Below are positions 41,694 through 52,966 of a DNA stretch of 64,000 nucleotides, piece after piece. Each line of letters starts with the position of its first letter. Position 1 is the first letter of the stretch. The notes under the pieces were generated by a model. That model saw only the letters and a list, made by a program, of their open reading frames with translations. It had not been told where the DNA came from and ran no database searches. The DNA comes from Myxococcales bacterium (GTDB taxonomy: Bacteria; Myxococcota_A; Polyangia; Polyangiales; DASUME01): positions 6,336,001-6,400,000 of the forward strand of contig JASGJH010000001.1 of the NCBI GenBank assembly GCA_047601445.1, given 5' to 3'. The position numbers were made by a program, and so were the translations under genes.

Positions 41694-42661
41694 TGTCCTC
41701 CCATGGCTGGCACCATGATGCGCGCGATGTTGATTACGGCCGGTCCGAGTAGAAACGTGAACAGCGAAGGCAAGATGCACATCACGAGCGGGATCGTCAT
41801 TTTCACACTCGCCGCAGCCGCATAGCGCTCGGCGGTCTGGGTCCGTCGTATGCGCATCGCCTCGGACATCACGCGCAGCGAGGTCGCGATGGAGGTTCCG
41901 AACACCTCGGCCTGTACGATCACGGACGCCAGGTACTTGAGCTCGTCCACGCCCGTGCGCTGCGCCAGGCGACGAAAGGCTTCGCCGCGCGTGAGTCCGG
42001 CGCGCATTTCCAGCGCCGCCTGCGTGAGCTCCTCCGCCAGCAGCGGTACCGAGAGCCGGATCTCTCCCGCGATTCGGTTGAGTGCGCCCTCGAGCCCCAG
42101 GCCGGCCTCCACACAGGTCACCAGGAGATCCATGGCGTCAGGCAGACCGTGGTTGATGGCCGACTTTCGATCGGCGACGCGCCCCGCGAGCCACAAGTTG
42201 GGAAAGTAGAAGCCGACCATCATGGCGACCACGGTGTAGAGCGCCAGGCGATCAGTGGGCTGCACGCGCGCCATGTTGGCGATCAGGACCGCGCCGGCCC
42301 CCAGCATGCACAGGATCACCTTGGCCGCCAGGAAGGTGTAGAGGGCGCGTTCGCTGCGGTACCCCGCGTGGCTGAGCCGCGCCTTGAGGCCCGCCAACTC
42401 GACCTCGTCGCCGGGTTTGGCCACCTTGGCGATGGGCCGCACCGCTGCGTCGAGCAGGGAGTCTTCCGCGGCGATGCTGCCCAGACTGCGCGCTTCGACG
42501 GCGCTCTGCGTGGTGCGCCGCATGCGCCGCTGGATCGGATCCTCGCGCGAGGCCGCGATGGACCTCAAGCCCACCAGCAGAAACGAGATGGTGGCGGTCG
42601 AGAGCACGAACACGGCGATCTGCAGGACTGGGCCACCGAGCTGCTGGAAAATCTCGTTCAA
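41690..42661 (-). CDS. tadC: Tad inner-membrane platform protein TadC
   Basis: LPDAMDLLVTCVEAGLGL, QAEVFGTSIA..LR, KMTIPL. Confidence 0.92.
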   Translation of the reverse strand: MNEIFQQLGGPVLQIAVFVLSTATISFLLVGLRSIAASREDPIQRRMRRTTQSAVEARSLGSIAAEDSLLDAAVRPIAKVAKPGDEVELAGLKARLSHAGYRSERALYTFLAAKVILCMLGAGAVLIANMARVQPTDRLALYTVVAMMVGFYFPNLWLAGRVADRKSAINHGLPDAMDLLVTCVEAGLGLEGALNRIAGEIRLSVPLLAEELTQAALEMRAGLTRGEAFRRLAQRTGVDELKYLASVIVQAEVFGTSIATSLRVMSEAMRIRRTQTAERYAAAASVKMTIPLVMCILPSLFTFLLGPAVINIARIMVPAMGGQ

Positions 42662-42722
42662 GCCACACCGCCTTTCTCACATTTGCTCTCACGTCGTGCG
42701 CTGCGCCGCGACGGAGTCGCCC

Positions 42723-43681
42723 TCAGTACTTCACCTGCGCGAGCCGGAACAACCACAGGAGGCCGCCCGCCCACAGGCAGAGTCCTGCCAGGATGAAGTA
42801 GGGCCCGATCGGATCGGTCTTCAACACGCTCAAGTAGCCGGGGTTGGTCGCCAGCAGATAGGTCAGCGTCAGCGGCGGCAGGGCGCCCAAAAAGATGCCG
42901 GACATGCGAGCTTCGGCGGTGAGCGCTGCGAGCTTGCCCTGGAACTTGAAGCGCTCGCGGATGGTATGAGAGATTTGTTGCAGGATCTCGACGAGGTTGC
43001 CGCCCGTCTCGTGCTGCAGGGTCACGGAGACCGCGAAGATCTTGAGATCGAGGTTGCCAGGCACGCGCTCGGTGATGTGGGTGACCGCGTCGCGAAACTC
43101 GACGCCGATGTTGGTCTCCTCGGCGCAGCGCGCGAATTCCACGGCCACCGGCGCTGGCATCTCGGTGGCCACCAGGCGAAAGGCCGCACCGAGTCCGTGA
43201 CCTGCGCGCAGCGAGCGCGACATCATGTCGAGGGCCTCCGGTAGTTGCTCGGAGAGCGAAGCGCTGCGCTTGGCGCGCGACATCACGGCGATCAAGAACG
43301 GGATCGACGCTGCCAGTGCGCCGGTGAGCCCGGCCACGAGGAGACTCTCGCCCAGCGCCACGTAAGCGCCCGCTGCGGAAACCCCCGCCGCTGCGAGCGC
43401 GAACGAAAGCATGCTCGCCACCGTCCACTCGAGGCTCGTCTGCACCAGCAGCCGCTCGAGTGTGTCCGTGAACGGAAGCTGGCGGAGCACCCGCTCGAGC
43501 TCGCGGTTCCTCGCCACGCGCTGCTCTCGCAGCAAGTTGGCCGACGCCTGCTCGCGTGCGGCCCGCAACCGGCGCAAGAGGTCGGCCTTCTTGCGCTCGC
43601 CGGAGTAGCGCAGCACGTTGTACAGGGCTTCGACGAGCCCGAGCACCGCCAGCGCGGTGGCGATGAGGATCACGGTGGACA

Positions 43682-43682
<1 letters not shown>
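42723..43682 (-). CDS. tadB: Tad inner-membrane platform protein TadB
   Basis: QLPEALDMMSRSLRAGH, QHETGGNL.E.L, TAEARMS. Confidence 0.92.
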
Positions 43683-45000
<1,318 letters not shown>

Positions 45001-45004
<4 letters not shown>

Positions 45005-46170
45005 CGCTTGCTCCACCGCGCGAACAGGCCGCGCTTTTTGGCCGGCACCGCGGCCACGTACACGAGCGGCACCAAGCTCTGGATGTCTTCGTAGACCTTT
45101 CCGCCGGGATCGGCCTCGACCAAGAGCTGTCCTTCGTTGATGGCCTTGATGACGCCCGGGTAGTCATTGCTCACCATGGCATCCACGCGGCGCCCGAGCG
45201 CGTCGGCGATGGCGGCCTCGGTGAGCTTCCCGCTGTTTCTGTAGCGGTTGATCACCAGGCGGATTTTCTCGGTCGGGTACTGGAGCTTCTTGAAGATGGA
45301 GAAGCAGTGACTCACGTTCTTCAGGGCCGGGATGTCCTGGGTCATGGTGCACAGCACCACGTCGGCCTGGTCGAGCGCGGTGAGAGACAGTTCGCGAAAG
45401 TCCCGGACGCCGTCGATGACCACGAAGTCGAAGTGCTCCCGCAGGAAGGCCAGGATGCGTCCGCAGTCTTCGGGATGGAGCTCCGCCGCTTCGCTGAGCT
45501 TGTCGGTCTGAGACAGCACGCTCAACCCGGTGCGATGCTGGGCCATGGCCTGCCGCAGCAGGTCGCTATCCAGGCGCGCCATGTTGTTCACCACGTCTTC
45601 GAACACGTACTTGGAAGAGAGGTCGAGAAACGTCAGCACGTCGCCCATCTCGGTGTCGAGGTCGACCACCGCGACCTTGGCCGGGTTCGGGCCCTTGGCT
45701 CCGATCAGCGCGCCGGCCAGGTTCAGGGCGATGGTGGTGGCGCCGCTGCCGCCCTTGCAACCGAACACTGCGATGACCTGGCCACGCATGCGGTGTGACG
45801 AAGGACGCGTGCTGCGGCGCGGCAGCTCACGCAGGGAACGCGCGACGTCCGGGTGCTTGGGCTCGAGGAACGCGAAGTCGCGAGCTCCGGCCCGCATGGC
45901 GCGCAGGATGTTCTCCGGATCCCGGTTGGTGGACAGCACGACGGTATGGCAGCGCGACGAGGCCAGCGTCCGCGTGAGCTCGAGGATGGCCGCGGGATGA
46001 TGATCCAGGAACAACAGCGCCACGTCCGGCACCGCCTCCTGCACGACTTGCTTTCCGCGCGCAGGGTCCGGCTCGATCGCGAGCACGTTGGCGAGGCCCG
46101 CGAGATCCTTCTCCAGGACGCCGGCTTCCGCACGACCACCAATCATCACCACGTTCACGCTTTGCTGCAT
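45001..46170 (-). CDS. cpaE: TadZ/CpaE (receiver-like + MinD-like domain)
   Basis: ILRAMRAGARDF; deviant Walker A GCKGGSGATT. Confidence 0.9.
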
Positions 46171-46209
46171 GGCTTGCTCGATGTCTCCGACCCACGCTGA
46201 CGCGGGCTG

Positions 46210-47853
46210 CTAGTTGCGGATGAAGCCGATGGGACCTATTGGACCTTCGTGCGGGGCGATCGCGAGATCTGAACGCGGGTCGTGCACGGGCGTGGTGTGC
46301 TCGGCCTGGTCACGCTCGGGGGCCTGATTCGCATCGCGCTTGCCCTCCGTCGGGTAGGGCCACGAGGCGCTGGGATCCTCGGAGGGTGGACGCCCGTTTT
46401 TGTAGGATTTGCGCTTGTGCGTGGGGCTCTCGCCCATGATGAAGAGCTGGAAGTCGGTGGGGTCGTTGTACTCGTCTTCCCCGGGCAAGATCGGGACCTC
46501 GCCGGGTTGCAGCGGCTTCACCAGGTGCGCCGTGATCACCATCATCAGCTCGGTCTCCTGGCGCTGATATTGAGTGGACCGGAACAGCGTGCCGATAATC
46601 GGCAGGTCGCCCAGCCACGGCACCTTGGAGACCAGGCTGCGGGTTTGATCGGAGAGTAGGCCCGCCACCGCGAAGCTCTGGCCGTCGCGTAGTCTCACCG
46701 TGGTCTCGCTGCTGCGCGTGCGGAAGCCCGGCACCACGAAGCCACCGAGTGTCGAGCCCGACGACGGATCGGGTTCGCTGACCTCGAGGCCCATGCGCAG
46801 GCTCACCGTGCGCTCCCCGAGCACCGTGGGGCTGAACCTGAGCAGCACGCCGAACTTCTTGAAGTTCACGCTGACGTTGCCGAGCTGGCGTGCGATCAAG
46901 ATGGGCACTTCGCCGCCTGCGTGGAACTCGGCGTCCTGGCCACTGAGGGCGGTCAGGGTCGGCTCGGCCAGCACCTTGGCGAGACCCTCTTGCGAGAGGA
47001 TGCTCAGCATGGCGCTGAAGGGGAACTGCGAGTTGGCCGTGGAGAACAGCAGATTGAAGGCTTGCTGATGGCCTGCCTGCCCCAAGAACGGCGCCCCACC
47101 CGTGCCACCCGTGCCGGGTACATAGGCGTCGGGGCTGTGTGTAAGATAGGAGCCGGGCGCGGCACCGGGTGGCACGGCGCCGCCCACGAGTCCGCGCGCG
47201 CTGTCTTGCCACAGCATGTTGACGCCGATCTTGCGCAGGCCGGTCTTGGATACCTCCGCGAAGCGCACGTCGAGCTGCACCTGTTGATCTCCAGTCACCT
47301 GGATCAGGTTCGCCACCTTCTCGCTGTGCAGCTTGGCGACCTCGGCGGCGCGCGCGGGCAAGCGCAGATCCGTGACGCTGCCCGACAGCACGATCAGATC
47401 GCCCACCGCGCTGACCTGGATGTCGGTGTCGGGGAAGAGTCCCTTGAACTGCGCTCGCAGTTGATCGAGGTTGCGCGTGGCGCTCACCGCGACCACCAGG
47501 GGAACCTCCTTGGCACCCCACAAGATCAGATGCGTGAAGCCCACCGACTTGGCCGTGATCAACACCTGCTCGGGCGTTACGACCTGCACATCGGCCACGT
47601 TGGGGTCGGCCACCGACACGCGGATGATGGGCGTCGAGAGGCTCATCAGGCGGGTCTCGCCCACCTCCATGCCCACGTTCTTGTGGGACTCGGTGATGAA
47701 GTGGGCTTCGGGCGCTTGGGCGGCGGTCGTCATGCTTGTGAGCAAGGCGAGCGCGAGCACCAGCGAAAAGAGACCTGCACGGGAGGGGGATGCTTGCCGC
47801 AGGCCCAGGCGCGCGCGACGGTGGGGTCGCGAGGATGCGTTCGAGGTTCTCAT
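46210..47853 (-). CDS. cpaC: Tad secretin RcpA/CpaC
   Basis: VSVADPNVADV, QQVQLDVRFAEV, LAEPTL.ALSG..A.F.AGGE.P, KVPWLGDLPIIG.LF. Confidence 0.93.
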   Translation of the reverse strand: MRTSNASSRPHRRARLGLRQASPSRAGLFSLVLALALLTSMTTAAQAPEAHFITESHKNVGMEVGETRLMSLSTPIIRVSVADPNVADVQVVTPEQVLITAKSVGFTHLILWGAKEVPLVVAVSATRNLDQLRAQFKGLFPDTDIQVSAVGDLIVLSGSVTDLRLPARAAEVAKLHSEKVANLIQVTGDQQVQLDVRFAEVSKTGLRKIGVNMLWQDSARGLVGGAVPPGAAPGSYLTHSPDAYVPGTGGTGGAPFLGQAGHQQAFNLLFSTANSQFPFSAMLSILSQEGLAKVLAEPTLTALSGQDAEFHAGGEVPILIARQLGNVSVNFKKFGVLLRFSPTVLGERTVSLRMGLEVSEPDPSSGSTLGGFVVPGFRTRSSETTVRLRDGQSFAVAGLLSDQTRSLVSKVPWLGDLPIIGTLFRSTQYQRQETELMMVITAHLVKPLQPGEVPILPGEDEYNDPTDFQLFIMGESPTHKRKSYKNGRPPSEDPSASWPYPTEGKRDANQAPERDQAEHTTPVHDPRSDLAIAPHEGPIGPIGFIRN

Positions 47854-48821
47854 TGCATGCCCTGGGTGCGAAGGGTTCGACTCTCGATCTGACCGCCGCG
47901 CAGGATCTCCACCACGGGTGCCGCCACGGCTGCGGGCGACTCGACCGGGGGAGGCGGCGGGGCCGAGTGGTGTTCTCGATAGGCGCGGCGTGGCTTCTCC
48001 GGCTCGGGCACGGGCATGGGCGCCGCGGCGGGGATATCGGAGGCCAACAGTTGCGCCGGACTGACGCCTGTGGTGTCCCGCGTCTCGCGATCCACGCGCG
48101 AACGCAGCGCGAGTTGTAGCTGTCCGTATTGAGACGCGAGCGCGAGCTTCTCGGACTCCGCGGGGGTCACGCCCAGCGTCACGACCTTGACGTTCACGGG
48201 TTTGCCACCCGGTTCGGTGGTGAGGTGCTCGCCCACGGCCAGCACGTGAACACTCTGCAAGATCAGCTTGGACACGTTGGCGGAGTCCTCGTTGCGCTGC
48301 TTCTTGGTCTCTTCGTCCGGGCGCATCGTGGTGATCACGTCCACGAAGTCCCCCGGTTGCACGAAGCCCGCCACGCCGACCGCGGCGTTGACCTCCACGG
48401 CCATGGCGCGCATTCCGTCCGCGAGTAGTGCGGCTAGCCCCTGGCCCTGCGCTTCGTCTGCCAGGCGCTCTTTGAGCACGGGCTCGCCCTTCACGAGGTC
48501 CTGCCTCAGGGTCTTCTCGAGCACCTCCTTCACGCTGGCGAAGGCCCCCTCGGGCACGTGGTTGGCGGGCCACTGCACGACCTTCAGGTGCTGCCCCTCG
48601 AGGCGCACTGCGATCGGGAGATCCAGCGCCGCGACCACCACGGGCGTGGTCTTGGGCGCGGCCTCCGAGAACGCAGTCGCCATCTCGTCCGTGTAGCGTC
48701 GGACCAGCATCACGGCGGTGCCACCGGCGACCACCGCGATCGCCAGGAACAACAGCGCGCGTGCGCGCGACCGTGCAGCCAGGCGCCCTTCGGGCGCGTC
48801 ATCTTCTCGTCTCAAGGTCAC
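47850..48821 (-). CDS. cpaB: Flp pilus assembly protein CpaB/RcpC
   Basis: SAF domain VVVAALDLP; GMRAMAV.V....GVAGFVQPGD.VDV; LQLALR. Confidence 0.93.
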   Translation of the reverse strand: MTLRREDDAPEGRLAARSRARALLFLAIAVVAGGTAVMLVRRYTDEMATAFSEAAPKTTPVVVAALDLPIAVRLEGQHLKVVQWPANHVPEGAFASVKEVLEKTLRQDLVKGEPVLKERLADEAQGQGLAALLADGMRAMAVEVNAAVGVAGFVQPGDFVDVITTMRPDEETKKQRNEDSANVSKLILQSVHVLAVGEHLTTEPGGKPVNVKVVTLGVTPAESEKLALASQYGQLQLALRSRVDRETRDTTGVSPAQLLASDIPAAAPMPVPEPEKPRRAYREHHSAPPPPPVESPAAVAAPVVEILRGGQIESRTLRTQGMQ

Positions 48822-48844
48822 TCTCCAGCAGAAGGATCCTCGGG

Positions 48845-49336
48845 CTACTGCAGTTCCCAGCGCATTTGGCTGGTGGCGGAAAGTCCCTTGAGACTCTTGA
48901 AGGGACTCGAAAAGCCGGGCAGCGAATAGGTGAAGCCGGTGATGTTCTGAAACTGTCCGGGCACTGCGATGGTCACGCCCACGGTGCCCGCCGCGAAGGT
49001 CGGAGTGACCTTGGGGCAGTCCAGGCGACAGCCCGTGCCGAGTCCAGCCGCCGTCAAGTACTGCATGGCGGCGTTCTGTGCGGTGGTGGCCACGGTGGCT
49101 GCGTTGGGATCCACGGCGCCGCGACGAGCTCCCTCGCGCGCCGCATTGGTCATGGTGTTGACGACGAAGAAGAGATGGCCGAAGTCGATCATGCCGAGCA
49201 GCATCACGGTGAGCATCGGCAGCAGAATCGCGAACTCGAGCGCGGCAGCCCCACGCCGGGAGAGTCGAGCGCGTGCCGCGCGGGTGAGCCCGCCCGAGTG
49301 AGCTCGGGATGCCGCCGACGAGCGAGGTGAGGCCAT
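48845..49336 (-). CDS. tadE: TadE-like pseudopilin
   Basis: RRG|AAALEFAILLP...G..DFG...NAAREGAR. Confidence 0.9.
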   Translation of the reverse strand: MASPRSSAASRAHSGGLTRAARARLSRRGAAALEFAILLPMLTVMLLGMIDFGHLFFVVNTMTNAAREGARRGAVDPNAATVATTAQNAAMQYLTAAGLGTGCRLDCPKVTPTFAAGTVGVTIAVPGQFQNITGFTYSLPGFSSPFKSLKGLSATSQMRWELQ

Positions 49337-49337
49337 C

Positions 49338-49511
49338 TCAGTTGCTCACCAGGCGGGCGACCATCGCGAACAGCGCGGAGGTGGCGGCTCCCACCTTGCC
49401 GGCCGACGCGATGATGACGACGAAGATGGTGGCAGCGATCAGGGCGTATTCGATGGAGGTCACGCCGTGACAGTCACGCAGCAGGGTGCGCCACGCGAAC
49501 CCGTGCCTCAC
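49338..49511 (-). CDS. flp: second Flp-family pilin (start uncertain)
   Basis: G|VTSIEYALIAA motif; GTG 49511 or the longer ORF from 49679. Confidence 0.75.
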   Translation of the reverse strand: MRHGFAWRTLLRDCHGVTSIEYALIAATIFVVIIASAGKVGAATSALFAMVARLVSN

Positions 49512-49693
49512 CAGGTCGGGCTGCGAAGCTCGGGCTTCCTGCGAGCACGTCGAGAGCTCGTGCTCCGACGTCGACTGCTTCTCTTGTGACCAGGACGAGC
49601 CCACTTGTACGCCCTCCCCATGGCTGCACTTCGGACACGGCTCACACCCTGCTCGCTGCGCCCGCTGCTCGGCGTTCACGCCGGCGCGCGGGA

Positions 49694-49717
49694 ACCGCCG
49701 CCCTTGCGGGGGCGGTC
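49694..49717 (-). terminator. stem-loop just after the major flp gene
   Basis: ACCGCC(G)CCC-TTGC-GGGGGCGGT hairpin; no U-tract. Confidence 0.45.
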
Positions 49718-49719
49718 GT

Positions 49720-49902
49720 TCATTGACCAGCCGCTTGCATCTTCTGGCCGACGTTGTTGAGCGTGTTGTTGGCGCTCTGACCTGCGAGCGTGGCGCCCGC
49801 GATGATGACCACGGCGATCAATGCGGCGATCAGCGCGTACTCGAGCGCGGTCACACCTTCTTCACGTTCCCTGAACTTGACGAGCAGACTCTTGAAAACC
49901 AT
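49720..49902 (-). CDS. flp: major Flp pilin
   Basis: EEG|VTALEYALIAALIAVVII; AAGGAGA RBS before ATG 49902. Confidence 0.93.
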   Translation of the reverse strand: MVFKSLLVKFREREEGVTALEYALIAALIAVVIIAGATLAGQSANNTLNNVGQKMQAAGQ

Positions 49903-50341
49903 GTCGGGTCTCCTTGCATGCGCCTGAGTCTGCAAGGTCGAGCCCGCAGAACCATGTCACGCTGATGCCAACGATTACACGCGATCTGCGCGCGACCTCG
50001 CAATGGGGGAAAAGCGTGTGTGCTTCGGGCGCAGATTCGCAATTGGGTCATGCGGATCTGAGTGTTCGCGTGTCACGGTCTCAGGCGATTCCAGTCTCGA
50101 CATGCTCAGGTTCGCGCCGCACTTCGGGCGTGCAGGCCGCGCTCGTCAAGTCTGGTTGCCTTCCCGACCATGGACACACGCGAACGCGCTGCGCAACGTA
50201 CGCGTGCACGCGCAAAATCCAGTGCATACCGTGAGCAAGGTCAAAGCGAACGACGTGCAAACGCAAAAAGAGCGCGGCTCGCGCAGGGCAAACGCAAACA
50301 AAGCGCGGCGCGCGCCAGATCCGCGCGCGATCAGCCTGCGA

Positions 50342-51316
50342 TCAGAGCGAGTCGAACAGCTTGAACAGCGACGGCGTCGCGTAGCCCGGCCACGCGTGGT
50401 AGCCGCCACTGGGCTTGCAGAACACGACCGGCGCCTTGCCCGTGTACTTCGTGCACGGGTTGGGGGCGTCGTAGGCGCTCGGGTTCGAGGCTCCGTTGAT
50501 CGTCAAGAACATGTCGCGGGTGTGCTCGCCCGATGGCAGCGGCTCGGCGGGATCCATGTCGAAGTGATTGATCCAGGCAGCCACCGGGGCCTTGCAGTCC
50601 TTGGGATTCGCCTGGGTTCCACCCTCGATGGACGCGAAGCCGCGCACCGTGCCGCCGCGCCAGCAAGCGATGGAGCTCGCCATCCAGCCGCCCCAGCTAA
50701 AGCCTGCCGTGAACACACGCTTGGTGTCGAAGCAGTAGCTCTCGTTCATCACCTTGAGCACGGCGTCGAACATCAGCGCGTCGGTGCCATTCATGTCGGC
50801 GTCGGTCCATTGTCCGTTCAAGCCGTCGGGGAACACCGTGAGCGCGCTCTGTTCGATCTGCGTCTGCCCCACGAGCTGGGCGCCATTGCCGCCTGAACCG
50901 TGGTAGGCGAAGAAGAGCGACCCGGGCTTGCTCTTGTCGTAGCCACCGGGGACCACCACCACGTAGGTTCGCTTGTTGGCCCCCACCTGCACGGAGCCGG
51001 TGGACATCCCCGCGGTCACCGACTTGCCGCAGCCCGCGCTGGCTGTGGCGCTCGCAGGTTTGGTGCCGGCGTCCGACGGCGGCTGCGCTGCGGCGTCATG
51101 CTCCATCGGGCCCGACGCTGCGTCGTGCGCACCGACTTGCGCATCGCCGTGGTTGCCCCCGGCATCGAGCGGGGCACCGCCCGAGTCGAGCAGTGACCCG
51201 CCATCTGCACTCGGTGAGGTATCACCGACGCAGCTACTCGACGCGCACGAAGCAGACAGCAACAGGAGGCCTGACCAGGGCAGGCCGCAGGAGCGAGCGA
51301 TCATGGGGCCGAGCAT
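50342..51316 (-). CDS. secreted alpha/beta-hydrolase esterase (LpqC / PHB depolymerase / CE1-like)
   Basis: RTY...VP..YD, YHGSGG, VFPDG, GFSWGG nucleophile elbow, C-terminal GYHAWP. Confidence 0.8.
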   Translation of the reverse strand: MLGPMIARSCGLPWSGLLLLSASCASSSCVGDTSPSADGGSLLDSGGAPLDAGGNHGDAQVGAHDAASGPMEHDAAAQPPSDAGTKPASATASAGCGKSVTAGMSTGSVQVGANKRTYVVVVPGGYDKSKPGSLFFAYHGSGGNGAQLVGQTQIEQSALTVFPDGLNGQWTDADMNGTDALMFDAVLKVMNESYCFDTKRVFTAGFSWGGWMASSIACWRGGTVRGFASIEGGTQANPKDCKAPVAAWINHFDMDPAEPLPSGEHTRDMFLTINGASNPSAYDAPNPCTKYTGKAPVVFCKPSGGYHAWPGYATPSLFKLFDSL

Positions 51317-51394
51317 TTCCTACGCTGGGTCATCCTGCAAACTGCCCTCCTTCCCGCACGCGACAGCCTGTAAACAGCCGCTACACTGCGCCCC

Positions 51395-52207
51395 GTGCCA
51401 GAAAGCTCCGCTCTGCGCGAAGCGCTCGCGGGCTTCCCCGCCCGCCGCGGCGGCCCCCGCGCCATCGCGGCCCGCGCAAGACTCGTCAGGGTCCTGTTCA
51501 GCCCTCGCGGCGCGCGCAAGCTGCCCTCTCAGACCGAACTAGACCGCGCGCTACGCGCGATCTCCGAGCCCGACCTCGCCTGGCTGTGCGAGTTTTCTCC
51601 GCTCGCGCCGCTCTACTTCCTGCCCACGCGCCCCTTCGTCACCCGGCTCGCCGCCACGCTGCGCGAGCTCGGCGCGCGTCGCGTGCTCGAGGTGGCCGCA
51701 GGCGACGGCTTCCTTGCGCGCTCCCTGGCTGCGCACGCCCCGGATCTCGAGGTCTTCGCGAGCGACTCGGGGGCCTGGGAAGATCCCCAGGCACGCATGA
51801 CGCCCGCAGAACGCCGCCGCTTGCGCGGGCAGAGCGTGCCAGGCCTGCGCCTGGGCGGTGAGGTCGCGCGGCTTTCTGCGCGGGCGGCCATCCGCAAGTT
51901 TCAGCCGGACCTTGTGCTGTGCGCCTGGCTGCCTCCCGGCAACCTGCTCGACACCTTGATCCGCGCACAAGTCAGGCACGTGCTCGAGATCGGGGCCGGC
52001 CACGGCGTGACGGCAAGTGCCTACAGTTGGCGCTTCGCCCACGAATTCCTGGAAGGCTCCCTCGCCGCCCGCGCGCGCTGCAGGTTGGACGATCAGCCCG
52101 AAAACACGCTGCATTCGCGTATCACGCTCTACTTCGGCCGGGCCCACCCGGAATACTTCGAGGAGCGCGTGCGTCCTGGAGACTGGCTGTTTCAGTTCAA
52201 GCCCTGA
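51395..52207 (+). CDS. putative SAM-dependent methyltransferase-like protein
   Basis: VLEVAAGDGFLA motif I, PDLVLCAWLPP; start uncertain. Confidence 0.65.
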   Translation: MPESSALREALAGFPARRGGPRAIAARARLVRVLFSPRGARKLPSQTELDRALRAISEPDLAWLCEFSPLAPLYFLPTRPFVTRLAATLRELGARRVLEVAAGDGFLARSLAAHAPDLEVFASDSGAWEDPQARMTPAERRRLRGQSVPGLRLGGEVARLSARAAIRKFQPDLVLCAWLPPGNLLDTLIRAQVRHVLEIGAGHGVTASAYSWRFAHEFLEGSLAARARCRLDDQPENTLHSRITLYFGRAHPEYFEERVRPGDWLFQFKP

Positions 52208-52250
52208 AGACGAAACCTGATATCTTCTCGGCCGGGAACTGTGAAGCGAG

Positions 52251-52338
52251 GGCACTTCGTGAGCGAAGCGAACCTCGTGGTGGGGTGGTCCCGGCGCGGC
52301 TTTGCCGCAAGGGGCGGGGAGGTCGCGTGACCTCCCCG
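52251..52338 (+). repeat. copy of the multi-hairpin intergenic repeat
   Basis: GGCACTTCGTGAGCGAAGCGAACCTCG...GCGGCTTTGCCGC...CGGGGAGGTCGCGTGACCTCCCCG. Confidence 0.85.
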
Positions 52339-52357
52339 ACAGACGGAGGCGCGCTAG

Positions 52358-52906
52358 GTGGGCTTGCATCAGTTCTTCATCTATTGTGCGGTGGGTGGCG
52401 GCGCGCTCTTCCTGGTGCAGCTGGTGCTGTCCATGCTGGGTGCGGGCGACGCGGACATCCCGAGTGCGGATCATCCGCCCACGGGCCACTCGTCCACGGA
52501 CACCTCGTTCAAGATCCTCTCCCTGCAAGGGCTCACGGCGTTCTTCGGCATGTTCGGCCTGGTCGGCCTCGCGCTGCAGGACGAGAGCAAGGCCGGCCCC
52601 ACGGTGTCGGTGCTCGGCGCACTGGCGGCGGGCTCCTTCAGCACCTGGGTCATCTCGCGCATCTTTCGCGCGGCCCACTCGCTGCAGTCGAGTGGCACCC
52701 TCGACCTGAGCAAGGCCGTGGGCAGCACGGGCACCGTGTACCTGCGCATCGCGCCCGACAAGCCCGGCAAGGTCACCTTGAACCTGCACGGTCGCCTGGT
52801 GCAGCTCGACGCCGTGACTACCGTGGAGACGCTCGAGACCGGCAGCGAGGTGCGCGTGGAGCGCGTGCTCGCCGATGGCACGGTCAGCGTGCTCAAAGCT
52901 TCCTGA
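52358..52906 (+). CDS. NfeD-like membrane protein (flotillin partner)
   Basis: 3 TM segments plus OB-fold VG..GTVYLRI....GKV; directly precedes flotillin. Confidence 0.8.
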   Translation: MGLHQFFIYCAVGGGALFLVQLVLSMLGAGDADIPSADHPPTGHSSTDTSFKILSLQGLTAFFGMFGLVGLALQDESKAGPTVSVLGALAAGSFSTWVISRIFRAAHSLQSSGTLDLSKAVGSTGTVYLRIAPDKPGKVTLNLHGRLVQLDAVTTVETLETGSEVRVERVLADGTVSVLKAS

Positions 52907-52966
52907 AGTGCTGCGCGGGGCGCGCCGCCGCCCCGATCCCTCGAACAAGATGGACTGGAGGACCCG

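Noticed and set aside
49512..49679. Cys-motif (CEPCPKC) N-terminal extension on the second pilin
   Set aside because: Flp leaders are short, there is no clear RBS, and it is probably untranslated open frame.
49930..49972. sigma54 promoter for flp (CGGGCTCGACCTTGCA or TTGGCATCAGCGTGAC)
   Set aside because: Each candidate matches only one of the -24/-12 elements well.
50281..50310. c-di-GMP-I riboswitch (CAGGGCAAAC)
   Set aside because: Wrong strand for flp and lacks the GNRA-tetraloop stem and second hairpin.
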